DNA from: a virus
IMG/VR virus record: IMGVR_UViG_3300027833_000022
Span: 39,159-103,158 of that record
Strand: one strand, 5' to 3'
Length of the DNA stretch: 64,000 nt
The translations under genes were made by a program, and so were the position numbers. The notes beneath the pieces are model-generated. The model worked only from the letters and a program-made list of their open reading frames with translations, was not told the DNA's origin and did not search any database. Shown here one piece after another: positions 39,501-47,785 of the stretch. Every line of letters starts with the position of its first letter. The first letter of the stretch is position 1.

Positions 39501-40652
39501 AAGAATTTGTCTAATGGATGGGATAATCCAGCATGTGGTTGGGATGGTGAAAATTGGGATACTAGTCCTGCGGCATACATGCAGTATGTAATATATGCTT
39601 GTCGCTATGATTTGTTTATAGATGAGCATATTAAAAACTTTAATAAACTATTTTTTGCTTTAGTAAAATATGCTGTATCAGAGCATGACCAAGTTGATTG
39701 GGTTTATAAGACGACATATGTTCATCTTAATATCATTACAGAGGTAGAAACTGGCTCAGCAAAGCCTACAAAATACAATCGTTCAATACTTAATGAAATT
39801 TCTGGTTATATAAATACTGTTAAGCCATATCACACAAAAATTAAGAGTGTTCTAGAATCATACCACGTGAACGATAAGTTTTCTGCTAAAATGGAAGAAC
39901 TTAGCAGAACTATGAAAATCACAATTGGAACTAATAATTTGTTAGATCATAATCAGTATGATTATGAAAATCCGATTATTACTTCTGGTTTTAATGAGAC
40001 ACCTACTGATATAATTGATAGTGGTGGTTTCACCGATGTACTAACTGATGTGATAGAAAGTATTGAATTCATTAGTCCTACTAATTTAAATAACGTACAT
40101 AATGAGTATCGTCGTTCTAACATAAATCGAACATATAATGAACTAGTATCTTTTAAAGTTGTGACAAATACAGCAGGTAGTGTGGTTGATGCAGATACAC
40201 GTACTTATGCGTATATACAAGATAATTGGTTGAACACATCAGCATTTAGTTTAAGAGAAGATCGTGAATCTACTATTACTACTGATATGGAATACACTGA
40301 TACTATTATCACACTTGCAACTGGTCATGGTGTTAAATTCAACACGCTAGGTGGTTTTGCATATATAGATGGTGAAATTATTCAATACACTCAAGTTAAT
40401 GGTGACACCTTAAATAATATCACACGCGCTATGTTTGGAACTATAAATAGAAAGCATAGTGCTACTACAGTAATTATAGATGTAACTGACGAAGAGTTGA
40501 GCATATTCAAATCATTGAAGACTTATGTAGTCAATGGACAATATAGAACTGTGCCACAATTTGATTTCAGTTCTGGAAAGAGTATACTAGATGTTACTGT
40601 CGAGAATAGTGCATCACAAGAACTACAAGCAAGCGAAAAGGGCGTAAGTTAA
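30504..40652 (+). CDS. Giant baseplate wedge/virion structural protein (gp7 position), 3382 aa
   Basis: Follows gp6; KLPTPFKT near the N-terminus, VKPYHTKI near the C-terminus, Thr/Val-rich central region. Confidence 0.7.
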   Translation: MENYKSTKQEKTDPTKRSGDYPVNEIKSVNKLPTPFKTDINKKWLDATFDQMISKGDMENVDAFVGDMSGKSLTRYNDDYLNTNSTAPQLEPGIITTDALGNVMHTISVDDIANSVAMNFDEYGYNAAYNSNAYVYSPPINVDMFVNFVSYYWASDLPVYESTFLVAGDTNPITTITGSPLGTITDSVNSVELFNGLKIKFLGYDAAIADSTYLVTGVGTRISFKLLTDASGRKFFTDTTPYSYSIESVAQPHTIKDYIVIDASDNISSSWSRANHWIHKESLLYLETLITSFDPSTVIVTANRAKRPIIQFDSLMHMSDHGHANYATDIVFKGQVDYVLSSLDATIAATGSRIATGNGIYIKGVSDTLTELERTDTFTDGDTFVVLNDELSGTSAYAKSDMYYDGIIKIAQNKTLPNAAPLFKLFDNQGTSLSSYNGTTFVSSKVFSYKVGTGAVDGELNFALSYKDTVTGANILFENNLFTERYAYSRDFGHPVVEIPGYYFFVKGINNVSTYIPSAYSLGAKDSVQLFADSSDITIPVGYSDWRVDKEFLVFERDGNITTTEILSEGVYNRSRANQPQLILGKNASYVFHDITSTKDLTFYNTDGSIFTPTSVVGEEITITLPDTISFVLEFGSLSDPATNRGRIVTNISQDEFFHTVHVDGRKLPISEYTINENSIVISDIEVASQEDNISTVDVEYYRNSTVLGNAERIQIPDVHQHNANNEFIKEFTIQETLSHWLSIIESTPGFSGDAFGDNNYHKSIIVNSYAGEIFMHDDISIMHDLCYGIDGMNVAASLSEQGRDWWSFKQLVMSQTKRLYKTKSYSDVRTLTLDVIEAITQSRKGTQVHKQSNMLYSRKSQYVEVAYVAGTIDYHLGLTINNDDFRKDHMYLYITDNRDSDNVAVTRLLTLGKDYTLDGSKIQLTTIPVEFTDSQVTSMRAYYYQMDSDSNVPASMTKLGLSHTYVPQVISNELIGHDGSVYPLKANADLEKVNDINFDPVAAVLYDIETRVYNGMKKQDTRYVNSFMKYLPSQHRGTWYTLNKIDNYVDKYFKDWYTKSAHTTLNPANYFDALDSTTWNYSSISIAKGHLESNLPGHWKGAYSVLFGTATPHITPWHMLGYTDKPTWWDNHYSWLAGAQRTAMLNAFTDGLVSEPGTPIKQDLYYARYYWDFSTKSPVTDVGALEDPSVVLGTPASVDRAKPFVFGDWGPVEFEWRNSSRGHAAMVDAVVKLNPTKAWTDFFQTNVYDSFTNITGMTINRFTNDLINTDMVYDNTSEISNAYVDSITVASSEIGFPSDIEIYISGDNFTNEATATLDLDSTGKIIGVTLTSRGSKYTTTPTIELRSATVLPDDLPLATFDININREGLQYRAGINQAQTTYIQRNFIAENIITNYTLSDTRLIQQLGGFTAPHLLNVETESGGNGKFSLNQIDAPLIMYTSSPSDIHVACNIIVTKNTTSFTVDGISNHKQQFKFLEPLMSNINDHVNINLNDDVTIKKYKQFSDAVSIAEYEAQFSRVQDVYNFIRGNYAYLDSVGYQFGTTGDAKAYSFAQWAISADVNDTFVIPLDEKISFANTAHVVLEYNTLPEKLNSISDDSRSTIEASNLLITRDTNSLTVETKPGVNAMASIGTAMVTHEHAILLNNLTQFNEIIFDDVTNIRQQRLKLIGQRTRNWTGAKQAPGFLVRENTIIQNFDSTVEEISNLYDFNVEKFNKQITKAENLMINNVSRDWVSKLNLSDTAVSKFFQGVIKSKGTKSVIQRIGRSKLINDGNSTIDIDEEFMFRQSNFGDTLITKSTEIEITPSDVTVNPSVIDFSSPDIVFVNKENPQVFETLSYEQNKTTLLTAGDLLDTEADNVIFNIDDLETLFDATSGYANINTWSSTTSYRFGDKVRLEGKLQSCNVDYIGYNTAPSDLVFLGTATDPTFPHRNVTDDPLEPSASIDGVDIWFDKEQFVYNSIIIESITSPSVLSPNNIIVDGNSIDLVSNALVTVIDVSAPHDGNPYTVTNVNPSSSDVTGMTLNINSTVVDLEPYGTTVITPTPGTDTTEVFLAEAAPVTSVTITTNMASFTVGTIDVVPGGTTAAYTLIASDYTYDENTQIITFNTPIVDGDDANGVVDITVNLLGFSSVITMDKEQLKTAISSVANVTGVNNEQDTTRVAVVLDANGNINAQLTIQFTNGSTEFGIATGTYNTVTTQELQSQLMDEVFIAAAIDTALTTAYNVSVVANKVRIEKVATTEFTQFTTLEISGTANSVLAFPATTNATGALTNVNSNATDAVDFINAALLAAPINNVTVSVVANRINISSTNLQINLGNREFNTLAGLETGIQTSSTESVVNIFDQNDWTDSSTIDEALFNIWMSDDNELVNNTTGSITSKFFSWNVLQVQQFTYYATSIVAGTETDDGNDAKVTLNAAHNVKVGDYVMLVNTTTTPNVDGIHRVTKLGNLAQPATFYIDKFIESDGTSESVFVLRSARFNSLADINTSASAGTLYNWNTDDLVWSTTDSVSGDAATQVYKYNGSAFVLTRENSTRVTNAKIANILIYDGDTEQTITEMEVFDPLRGIIPGVADRELDFKSSVDFAVYNTSTDLEYNIDEHNSWGKAEIGRTWWDTSKVRYYDYEQGDNAYRAKTWGKQFPSSSIDVYEWTKSSVHPEEWIDAVANSTEQYGLVATGEVYSVFDKSINENLYYYVTLDEWNDKLKKYDVVYYFWVKNKTNTEDNRLLSVKQIASIISNPTDNGIMWCAAIDSDAMIVNNVKYIVNDTSSVLQINMKSDTIDATHSESAHSNWTAIKENIDLIPDYWYTGLRDNLSEQVIETVYFTGTLPANESTVGQELPSESLHEYNRYGDDRELKFDNKIYSQGWFKDAWNARREAIYTINALLKRQNLVQELDGIWDRTIGSVIGTTNLDMNILWDFTDFVHVDRTEGNLPTIEVSSYEELAQVDNEVHTIVLFNIEGSITQLDKSEIFEWNTTSNEWILVEKKNATIEFNDFLYNKNLSNGWDNPACGWDGENWDTSPAAYMQYVIYACRYDLFIDEHIKNFNKLFFALVKYAVSEHDQVDWVYKTTYVHLNIITEVETGSAKPTKYNRSILNEISGYINTVKPYHTKIKSVLESYHVNDKFSAKMEELSRTMKITIGTNNLLDHNQYDYENPIITSGFNETPTDIIDSGGFTDVLTDVIESIEFISPTNLNNVHNEYRRSNINRTYNELVSFKVVTNTAGSVVDADTRTYAYIQDNWLNTSAFSLREDRESTITTDMEYTDTIITLATGHGVKFNTLGGFAYIDGEIIQYTQVNGDTLNNITRAMFGTINRKHSATTVIIDVTDEELSIFKSLKTYVVNGQYRTVPQFDFSSGKSILDVTVENSASQELQASEKGVS

Positions 40653-40682
40653 TTATGCTAAATACAGTAACGGAGAATTTTA

Positions 40683-41300
40683 ATGAAACAAATTGTTGAT
40701 GACAACTCAATGTTAGGAATGGACGGACACGTTCTGATTAGAGACATTGATACAGGCGAAGTATTATTGAACAAGCACAACGCGATTAACTTTTATAATA
40801 TGTCAATTGCATTGGCAAGTTTATTAGCAAAGAAAGAAGATGATTTATTGGGTGCTTTCAATATCGCAACGTTGGCACTAGGAAATGGTGGAACAGTTAT
40901 AGACGGAAGTGGTAATGTATCTTACAAATCACCAAATGTTGGAAATGTAAATAGTGTAATGTATGCAGAAACTTATGCTAAAAATGTACAACCCGTAGTA
41001 GCCGACCCCACAAATCAAGTCGATTTGGTTACACATCCTGGACAAGTATATAGTGATACGGTTGTAACCGCAACATTGGATTATGCAGAACCACTTGATG
41101 GTGGTCCAAATGGTGATCAAAATGCAGTTGATAATTACGGAACACCTACAACATCAACTAGTCCATATGTGTTTGATGAAATTGGTTTAAAGACTGCATC
41201 TGGTAAGTTTTTAACACATTTGATATTCCATCCAATTGAGAAATCAGCAAATAGAAAGTTAGAAGTAATATACACAATTCGCATAACGGCAGGGGCTTAA
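40683..41300 (+). CDS. Baseplate/tail-fibre attachment protein
   Basis: ALGNGG, YVFDEIGL, HPIEKSANRKLEVIYTI; CTAAATA late box and GGAG SD upstream. Confidence 0.6.
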   Translation: MKQIVDDNSMLGMDGHVLIRDIDTGEVLLNKHNAINFYNMSIALASLLAKKEDDLLGAFNIATLALGNGGTVIDGSGNVSYKSPNVGNVNSVMYAETYAKNVQPVVADPTNQVDLVTHPGQVYSDTVVTATLDYAEPLDGGPNGDQNAVDNYGTPTTSTSPYVFDEIGLKTASGKFLTHLIFHPIEKSANRKLEVIYTIRITAGA

Positions 41301-41302
41301 TC

Positions 41303-42187
41303 ATGGCATATCCAGTAAACAACTTTAGTAAGAAAAATAGAATACAAGTAAATGATGGCACTGTAAATGATGACACGCACCTGCGATTAATAGGAAAAAA
41401 CTATTACGGTTATGGTGAACAGATGGCAGCAAATTTAGTACACTTAATGGAACATTTTGCGGGTGAAGATAAACCACTAGAATCTAAATCAATAGCAGGT
41501 CAATTATTTTATAATACAGCAGAAGATAGATTCTATAAATTTGATGGTACAGCATGGTCGCTGATGACTGGTTCAACTACAAGAGTTGAATCTGTATTAG
41601 ATATTGGTGATAATACTCATATAGTCACGGTAATGTACGATGATGCAACCGCAGTTTCTGTTGTTAGTGCAGATGAAGATTTTGTTGTGAAAGGGACTGA
41701 AGCATTAGTTACTGCATTCCCATCCATAAACAAAGGTATCACAATGAATAGTGGTACTGGTTATAAGTTTCATGGTACAGCAACAACAGCACAATATGCT
41801 GACTTGGCTGAGTTATACACAAGCGATGCTTCATATGAACCCGGTACTGTTGTTAAAATCGGTGGTGAAGCAGAAGTTACACAAACAACTGAATTATTCT
41901 GTTCAAATGTATTTGGTATAGTATCTACTGATCCAGCATATTTAATGAATAGTATGTGTGAAGGAACCACAGTTGCGGTAGCACTAGCAGGTCGTGTTCC
42001 TTGTAAGGTTATAGGTCAAGTTAAAAAAGGCGACCGTATCTTAGCAAGTGAAGTACCAGGCGTTGCTCGTGTGCCTACTGACGATGAATTGAGCAATGTT
42101 AATTGGTATAGTATTGTTGGAAGAGCATTGGAAAATAAGACTACAGAAGGCATAGGCTTAGTAGAAGTAGTTGTAGGGTCTAAGTAA
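41303..42187 (+). CDS. Tail fibre-related protein with intramolecular-chaperone/peptidase G2-like C-terminus
   Basis: LIGKNYYGYGE N-terminus; YADLAELY, GTVVKIGG, VALAGRVPCKVIG, IVGRALE. Confidence 0.65.
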   Translation: MAYPVNNFSKKNRIQVNDGTVNDDTHLRLIGKNYYGYGEQMAANLVHLMEHFAGEDKPLESKSIAGQLFYNTAEDRFYKFDGTAWSLMTGSTTRVESVLDIGDNTHIVTVMYDDATAVSVVSADEDFVVKGTEALVTAFPSINKGITMNSGTGYKFHGTATTAQYADLAELYTSDASYEPGTVVKIGGEAEVTQTTELFCSNVFGIVSTDPAYLMNSMCEGTTVAVALAGRVPCKVIGQVKKGDRILASEVPGVARVPTDDELSNVNWYSIVGRALENKTTEGIGLVEVVVGSK

Positions 42188-42189
42188 CA

Positions 42190-43239
42190 ATGCCACCTAT
42201 TGCAACTGGCGATTTGATCACAGCAGTTCAATTTAATGAACTGGTAACTTCATATAATAAATTATGGGGCGACAACGTGACTTCTGCAATATTTGCAGAT
42301 ATCACAACTAATTTCGAAGAGCATTCATATGGCTGGGGACAAGCAAGTGCTGAACCAACCGTAGCACCTGATACCATAATAGAATCTGGTCATGTCAATC
42401 GACTGTTAGCACAGATGAATGCTGGACTGTATCATTACGATGATGAATCTGCATTGATTTCACATTTTAGTACTTACATAATTAATGCTAGTATCATTAC
42501 TGAAACAATCGAAAATAAAATTACAAATATGAGTTTACTTGCGAATAGATTTAACTCTAACGATGTTGATGCTGATATTGATACAATACTCACCGCCATG
42601 TCATCTGACATTGCCACACCCACATGGGAAACTAATATTAGTTCAGAAGCAAAAGTATCATTCACCAATTATGATGAAGCAAGATATTTTTTCAACTCTG
42701 GTGGCAAATTGTCTATCAACTTAGAGCAAGATGGTGCTAATGGAGATGCTAGAAGTTGGAATGATATATTTACAAATACCGGCGAGATTAGAATATCAGC
42801 ACTTGATATTATAAATAGTGGTCAAAACACATATACCTTCCCAGGCGGATTCTATGGTATTAACCCAGATGGTTCATATAAACAGTTGTATACTGTCACT
42901 GGATATGTATCAGCAGGAGATTATTATGGTAGCGCATATGCTAACAGAAATATTAAGGTATTTTTGAGAGCAGAAGAATTGGTAATTGGTGGCACATTTA
43001 ATGTTTACATTAAAGTAACATTAACCGATGATGTTACATCAGGAATAATCAACACAGAATTGCGAGCTGACTATGGATATGTAAATCAGAATACTACACC
43101 TACGCAAGCATATATAGACGCTGGTAGTAATGGCGCACCATTTACCGCAGTTGACACTCAAGACACACATGTTTATAAATTTATTGGAAGACAATTACCA
43201 ACAATTACAATCCCCCAATCATGGCATGATGCTGTCTAG
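42190..43239 (+). CDS. Virion structural protein (tail-fibre associated)
   Basis: YGWGQ and ARYFFNSGG motifs; last gene of the late structural run. Confidence 0.55.
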   Translation: MPPIATGDLITAVQFNELVTSYNKLWGDNVTSAIFADITTNFEEHSYGWGQASAEPTVAPDTIIESGHVNRLLAQMNAGLYHYDDESALISHFSTYIINASIITETIENKITNMSLLANRFNSNDVDADIDTILTAMSSDIATPTWETNISSEAKVSFTNYDEARYFFNSGGKLSINLEQDGANGDARSWNDIFTNTGEIRISALDIINSGQNTYTFPGGFYGINPDGSYKQLYTVTGYVSAGDYYGSAYANRNIKVFLRAEELVIGGTFNVYIKVTLTDDVTSGIINTELRADYGYVNQNTTPTQAYIDAGSNGAPFTAVDTQDTHVYKFIGRQLPTITIPQSWHDAV

Positions 43240-43248
43240 AAATAACAG

Positions 43249-43277
43249 TTGACACATCCTAGACAATATAGTATAAT
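43249..43277 (+). promoter_or_regulatory. Consensus sigma70 promoter heading the 43.3-62.9 kb block
   Basis: TTGACA(43249)-17 bp-TATAAT(43272); AAGGAG SD before ATG 43313. Confidence 0.85.
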
Positions 43278-43312
43278 ATAAATAACTTTAACTAATAAGG
43301 AGTTATACTATA

Positions 43313-43657
43313 ATGGATGAACGTTTGAAGAAAGCATTAGACTTTTCTAATTATTCACTCACAATATCAAATCAAAAGAAAAACCTAAAGAACCGATTAA
43401 ACCAAATGCTATTGGTGCATCATGACAATGGCGTATTCGTTGCCGATCCTACTACTATCAATTTTGTAGGTAGTCTTTCACAATCAGGATCTACTGCGGT
43501 ATTTTTAGATACAAAAGAAAATCCTATCAGAGTGAATGATCTAATTGCATTCAAAACCAAATTGGAAACTGCATATACCGATGCTATGCTTGAATACGAA
43601 GTAGAATTTAATAAAATTAAAAAACTTCGTAACCTTAATAAATTGATGGAAGATTAA
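43313..43657 (+). CDS. Hypothetical protein, possible DUF4376-like tail-fibre assembly factor
   Basis: Strong SD; NGVFVAD...DTKENP pattern loosely recalls DUF4376. Confidence 0.5.
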   Translation: MDERLKKALDFSNYSLTISNQKKNLKNRLNQMLLVHHDNGVFVADPTTINFVGSLSQSGSTAVFLDTKENPIRVNDLIAFKTKLETAYTDAMLEYEVEFNKIKKLRNLNKLMED

Positions 43658-44535
43658 TGACAGAGGGAATTTGTTTTTTCGCTTACAACAATGATCAGAT
43701 AGATTACGTTAAGTTAGCCACTATTGCTGCATCATATGCAAAGCGACAATTAGGTAAGCCTGTATGCTTAATAACAGACGCTGGATCAATGTCTTGGTTA
43801 AAAGAATCACAACCTAAACATATCATAGATTCATGCTTTGATCATATTGCATTGACTGATGATGACATGAAGAAAAATATGAGGACACATAATGATAGTC
43901 CTTGGACAGCATTCCACGCTCAATTCAACAATAGCAATAAGCATAAAGTTTTCGAATACTCCCCCTTTGACAAAACTATTTTACTTGATATCGATTATAT
44001 ACTCAAAACTGATTTTCTAAATATGGCATTCAATTACGAAGGAGTTGCAATGTATAGCAATGCAATAAATCTACGTAATGATAAGCCCCATTTATTTGAA
44101 CAATACTTATATGATGTTGGAATACCCATGTGGTGGTCTACTGTAGTCTACTTTGATAGATCAGAAGAAAGTAAAATATTTTTTGATAGTTGGGAACATG
44201 TCGCAGATAATTATGAGTTCTACCAATATCTTTATAACTTCCCTGGCAAATTATTCAGAACGGATTATTGCACAAGTATTGCAATTCATATTATGAATGG
44301 TATGATCTCTGGCAATATAGTACATGACTTCTGTGGACTACCTATGCAAAACATGTCGCAGTATGATGATATTATAGAAGTAAAAAACTTAAATGAATGG
44401 ATATGTTTGGCGAATGACACAGTTGAAAATTGGAATAATATTGCAGTAAGACATAGCAATAATGATGTTCATGTCATGAACAAACGATCATTAGAAAGAT
44501 TTGGTGATAGATTACTGGGATTATTGTATGAGTAA
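43657..44535 (+). CDS. GT-A fold glycosyltransferase
   Basis: SPFDKTILLDIDY (DxD) and WSTVVYF. Confidence 0.7.
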   Translation: MTEGICFFAYNNDQIDYVKLATIAASYAKRQLGKPVCLITDAGSMSWLKESQPKHIIDSCFDHIALTDDDMKKNMRTHNDSPWTAFHAQFNNSNKHKVFEYSPFDKTILLDIDYILKTDFLNMAFNYEGVAMYSNAINLRNDKPHLFEQYLYDVGIPMWWSTVVYFDRSEESKIFFDSWEHVADNYEFYQYLYNFPGKLFRTDYCTSIAIHIMNGMISGNIVHDFCGLPMQNMSQYDDIIEVKNLNEWICLANDTVENWNNIAVRHSNNDVHVMNKRSLERFGDRLLGLLYE

Positions 44536-45379
44536 CGGATATGTAATATTAGCATTCAATGCACAAGAACAAAAAGCCGCATCTGCTTGTGCGTATAGTA
44601 TAAAAATTCAGAACCCACATGCAAGTGTGAGTATGGTAATAAATTCACTGAATAATTTATTAGATAAGTATGAAGAACCATTTGATAATATTATTGAATT
44701 ACCATTTGATGCTGTAGAAGATATTCGTGCAAATGACTGGCAATTAAACTACGTAACGCCATATGATGATACTATCGCGATTGATTGTTACTCTCTTGTA
44801 AAAGAAAAGCACGATGAGTTATGGGAGTATCTTTCTAATTATGAAATGTGTTATAGTATTAGAACAATGAACTTCAGGACTGTTATGTATGATGCTGTGC
44901 CAGATTGGTATGATACATATAATATAAAAAATTTATCTTCTGACTTGTTTTATTTTAAAAAAGATTCTGAAATCACAAAGCAATTCTTTTTATTATCAGA
45001 AATTTATATGCAACAATGGACAGATGCGTTGAAGGAATTTATAGAGTTTCAATACATACCAACTGAATATGACTCAAATTTAATGCATGCATTTATTATT
45101 TCACATCTTGATATTTACCACGAAGTAACGCCACATCATGACACTATCTTAGAGATAATCGACATGAATTCGATTACTAAATATTTAAAAGATAATGATA
45201 GAATAGAAAAGAATTGGTCGGACTATATTAATGTATGGACAAGTACAGACACAAAGTTGAAGATACAAAATTATGCAATCAATAATACTATTGTTTACAA
45301 AGATAAAACATTCATAACAGACGAGATATATGACGAACACCGAAAGCAATACAGAATACAAACCAACTTGGTGGATTAA
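44528..45379 (+). CDS. Glycosyltransferase-like paralog (degenerate DxD)
   Basis: TPYDDTIAIDCY aligns with the previous gene's SPFDKTILLDID; start at ATG 44528. Confidence 0.55.
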   Translation: MSNGYVILAFNAQEQKAASACAYSIKIQNPHASVSMVINSLNNLLDKYEEPFDNIIELPFDAVEDIRANDWQLNYVTPYDDTIAIDCYSLVKEKHDELWEYLSNYEMCYSIRTMNFRTVMYDAVPDWYDTYNIKNLSSDLFYFKKDSEITKQFFLLSEIYMQQWTDALKEFIEFQYIPTEYDSNLMHAFIISHLDIYHEVTPHHDTILEIIDMNSITKYLKDNDRIEKNWSDYINVWTSTDTKLKIQNYAINNTIVYKDKTFITDEIYDEHRKQYRIQTNLVD

Positions 45380-46304
45380 ATACCACGCAGATAATGGTAA
45401 AATACTAGGGTTATCATCTAGTATAATCACATCTAAAAATAAGAAACATTCTATCACCACTACGCAGAATGCATTGTGTCGTAAATTGATAAAAGGTACA
45501 CTCGCCTTAAAGGCTTGTAGCGTTGTATGGGATGTAGAAAATGAAATATGGGACATTGATCTAAAGACAGACGTGTTATCAATTAATCATGTTAATTCAA
45601 ATTTCTTATTTAACATAAAAGAAAAACCTGCAACTGACGCTGACGTGTTTATTCGTGTATACAAGAACGAACATATAGTTGAAGTATCAGTTAATATTGA
45701 AAACATAAAGAAGTCAATGAACTTAACGGCTATTAATGAGATCGCAAATAAAGAAAATACATTACTGAATTTATATTTCACAAAGAAGAATGATCCTGAT
45801 TATCTTATGCAATCTATAGAAGTTGATCCATTATTATTGTTCAGACGAAAGTCTGCTCAATTTAGATTACTATTAGATTGGGATGATATATCATTATTCA
45901 CAAGACAGATATTTAAAAATTATAGTCTTGAAATATTTGAAAGATATATACCAACAAGACTTGATGAGAACAAGTATACATTATTGCAGTGCGCTATTAC
46001 CAGTGACAGGGATGCCCATCTGTATATTTCCACAAACAGTAATACAATTAATATACATAGTAACATAGATAAAAACCAAGAGTACTTATTAGATATAAAA
46101 ACACATAGAGTTATTGACTCTACATTACAATTTTTAGTATGTGATGGTGAAATAGATAACTTTGTGGGTGCATTTGAAATACCAGCACACGATATAATAA
46201 ACGAAGATGACATAAGTATTGATGTAGATTTTAATATACCATTAAATCCATTATTCATTTTTAAGAACAAACAGATAGCAGTTAATTTTACAAGGAGATA
46301 TTAA
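45330..46304 (+). CDS. Hypothetical protein
   Basis: 324-aa ORF coupled to its neighbours; no recognisable motif. Confidence 0.6.
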   Translation: MTNTESNTEYKPTWWIKYHADNGKILGLSSSIITSKNKKHSITTTQNALCRKLIKGTLALKACSVVWDVENEIWDIDLKTDVLSINHVNSNFLFNIKEKPATDADVFIRVYKNEHIVEVSVNIENIKKSMNLTAINEIANKENTLLNLYFTKKNDPDYLMQSIEVDPLLLFRRKSAQFRLLLDWDDISLFTRQIFKNYSLEIFERYIPTRLDENKYTLLQCAITSDRDAHLYISTNSNTINIHSNIDKNQEYLLDIKTHRVIDSTLQFLVCDGEIDNFVGAFEIPAHDIINEDDISIDVDFNIPLNPLFIFKNKQIAVNFTRRY

Positions 46305-47287
46305 TGACTAATATGGTAAGCGTGAACGATTTTGATATTATTTACATAAGTTATGATGAACCAAATGCAGACGAAAACTTTGCAGACCTACTAGATAAAG
46401 CCCCTTGGGCTAAACGCAGTCATGGTGTGTGGGGAAGTGACGCAGCGCACAAAGCAGCAGCAGCATTATCCGAGACTTCAAGATTCGTCACTATAGATGC
46501 TGACAATATTGTAGACCCATCATTCTTCAATGTAGAATTAGATATGGATAATATAGGTGACTCTGATGTTGTTAGTTGGGCTGGTAAGAACGAAATAAAT
46601 GGCCTGATTTATGGTAACGGTGGAATCAAGTGTTGGCCTAAGACAGTTGTAGAAAATATGCGCACACATGAATTAGCACCAGAAGGTGATAAGCGTGCAC
46701 AAGTAGACTTCTGTTGGAACATCAATTATGTGCAAATGAATAATGTATATTGTAATGTAATGAACAATGCAAGTCCTCTTCAAGCATGGCGTGCAGGGTT
46801 TCGAGAAGGTGTTAAGATGGGACTAGTTGATGGTGACATCGTAGATCCGTCAAAGTTGAAAGAAGTAGTACATAAGAAAAACTATCAACGATTACTTACA
46901 TGGATGTCGGTTGGCGAAGACTCACTGAATGGATTGTGGGCAGTTTATGGTGCACGATTAGGTTGTCATATGACTAACGTACTCAGGAAAGATTGGGATT
47001 GGAAAAATGTACGTGACTTTGATTGGTTGACTAATTATTTCAATACTGAGATTTTCCCACAGTTTGAAGGTGGTGATCAGTTATGTATTCGTACAGGTGG
47101 TAAGTGGGATCTAGGTAAATTAAAAGATGAAACAATTAGACTAGGCATTGAGTTACAGCGAGAATTGCAATTAGAAATCGCTGACTTAGATGCAAATGGT
47201 TCAAAGTTCTTTAAGACAGTGCAGATTAATCCTAGTAGATTAGGTGCGCAAGTAAGAGAAGATCAAGTAATTGACACACTGGAGTAA
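46304..47287 (+). CDS. GT-A-like glycosyltransferase
   Basis: DIIYISYDEPNA, FVTIDADN (DxD), AWRAGFREG. Confidence 0.65.
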   Translation: MTNMVSVNDFDIIYISYDEPNADENFADLLDKAPWAKRSHGVWGSDAAHKAAAALSETSRFVTIDADNIVDPSFFNVELDMDNIGDSDVVSWAGKNEINGLIYGNGGIKCWPKTVVENMRTHELAPEGDKRAQVDFCWNINYVQMNNVYCNVMNNASPLQAWRAGFREGVKMGLVDGDIVDPSKLKEVVHKKNYQRLLTWMSVGEDSLNGLWAVYGARLGCHMTNVLRKDWDWKNVRDFDWLTNYFNTEIFPQFEGGDQLCIRTGGKWDLGKLKDETIRLGIELQRELQLEIADLDANGSKFFKTVQINPSRLGAQVREDQVIDTLE

Positions 47288-47293
47288 TATATA

Positions 47294-47785
47294 ATGAAAG
47301 CAATACTAGCAGCAGATGCCAATTGGGGCATTGGCAAAGATGGTACAATGCCATGGCCTCATAACTCAGATGATCTTAAATGGTTTAAAGAATGTACTAT
47401 AGATTCTACTGTGATCATGGGAAGAAAGACGTGGGATTCATTGCCCTTCAAGCCATTGCTTGATCGACAGAATATTATAATATCAAGAACTTTAAATGTT
47501 GACACATACTATAACTGTGCTATAATGAGTATTGATACATTAACACATATTGGAAATACTTTTGAAGAATTGTCACAATACGATAATTTAGAGGATATTT
47601 GGCTGATAGGTGGTGCACAACTGTTAGAAACAATGATACCCTTCATAGATGAAATATGGATTAGTCGTATTGACGAGGTATATGCATGTGATACATTTTT
47701 ACCAGAGCAAGCGATTAAAAAATTGTTCAGATGTACTAATGTAGATCACGATACACTAACAATAGAGAAATGGGTGAAGATTTAA
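47294..47785 (+). CDS. folA: Dihydrofolate reductase
   Basis: GIGKDGTMPW, DLKWFK, VIMGRKTWDSLP, IGGAQL, CDTFLP. Confidence 0.95.
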   Translation: MKAILAADANWGIGKDGTMPWPHNSDDLKWFKECTIDSTVIMGRKTWDSLPFKPLLDRQNIIISRTLNVDTYYNCAIMSIDTLTHIGNTFEELSQYDNLEDIWLIGGAQLLETMIPFIDEIWISRIDEVYACDTFLPEQAIKKLFRCTNVDHDTLTIEKWVKI

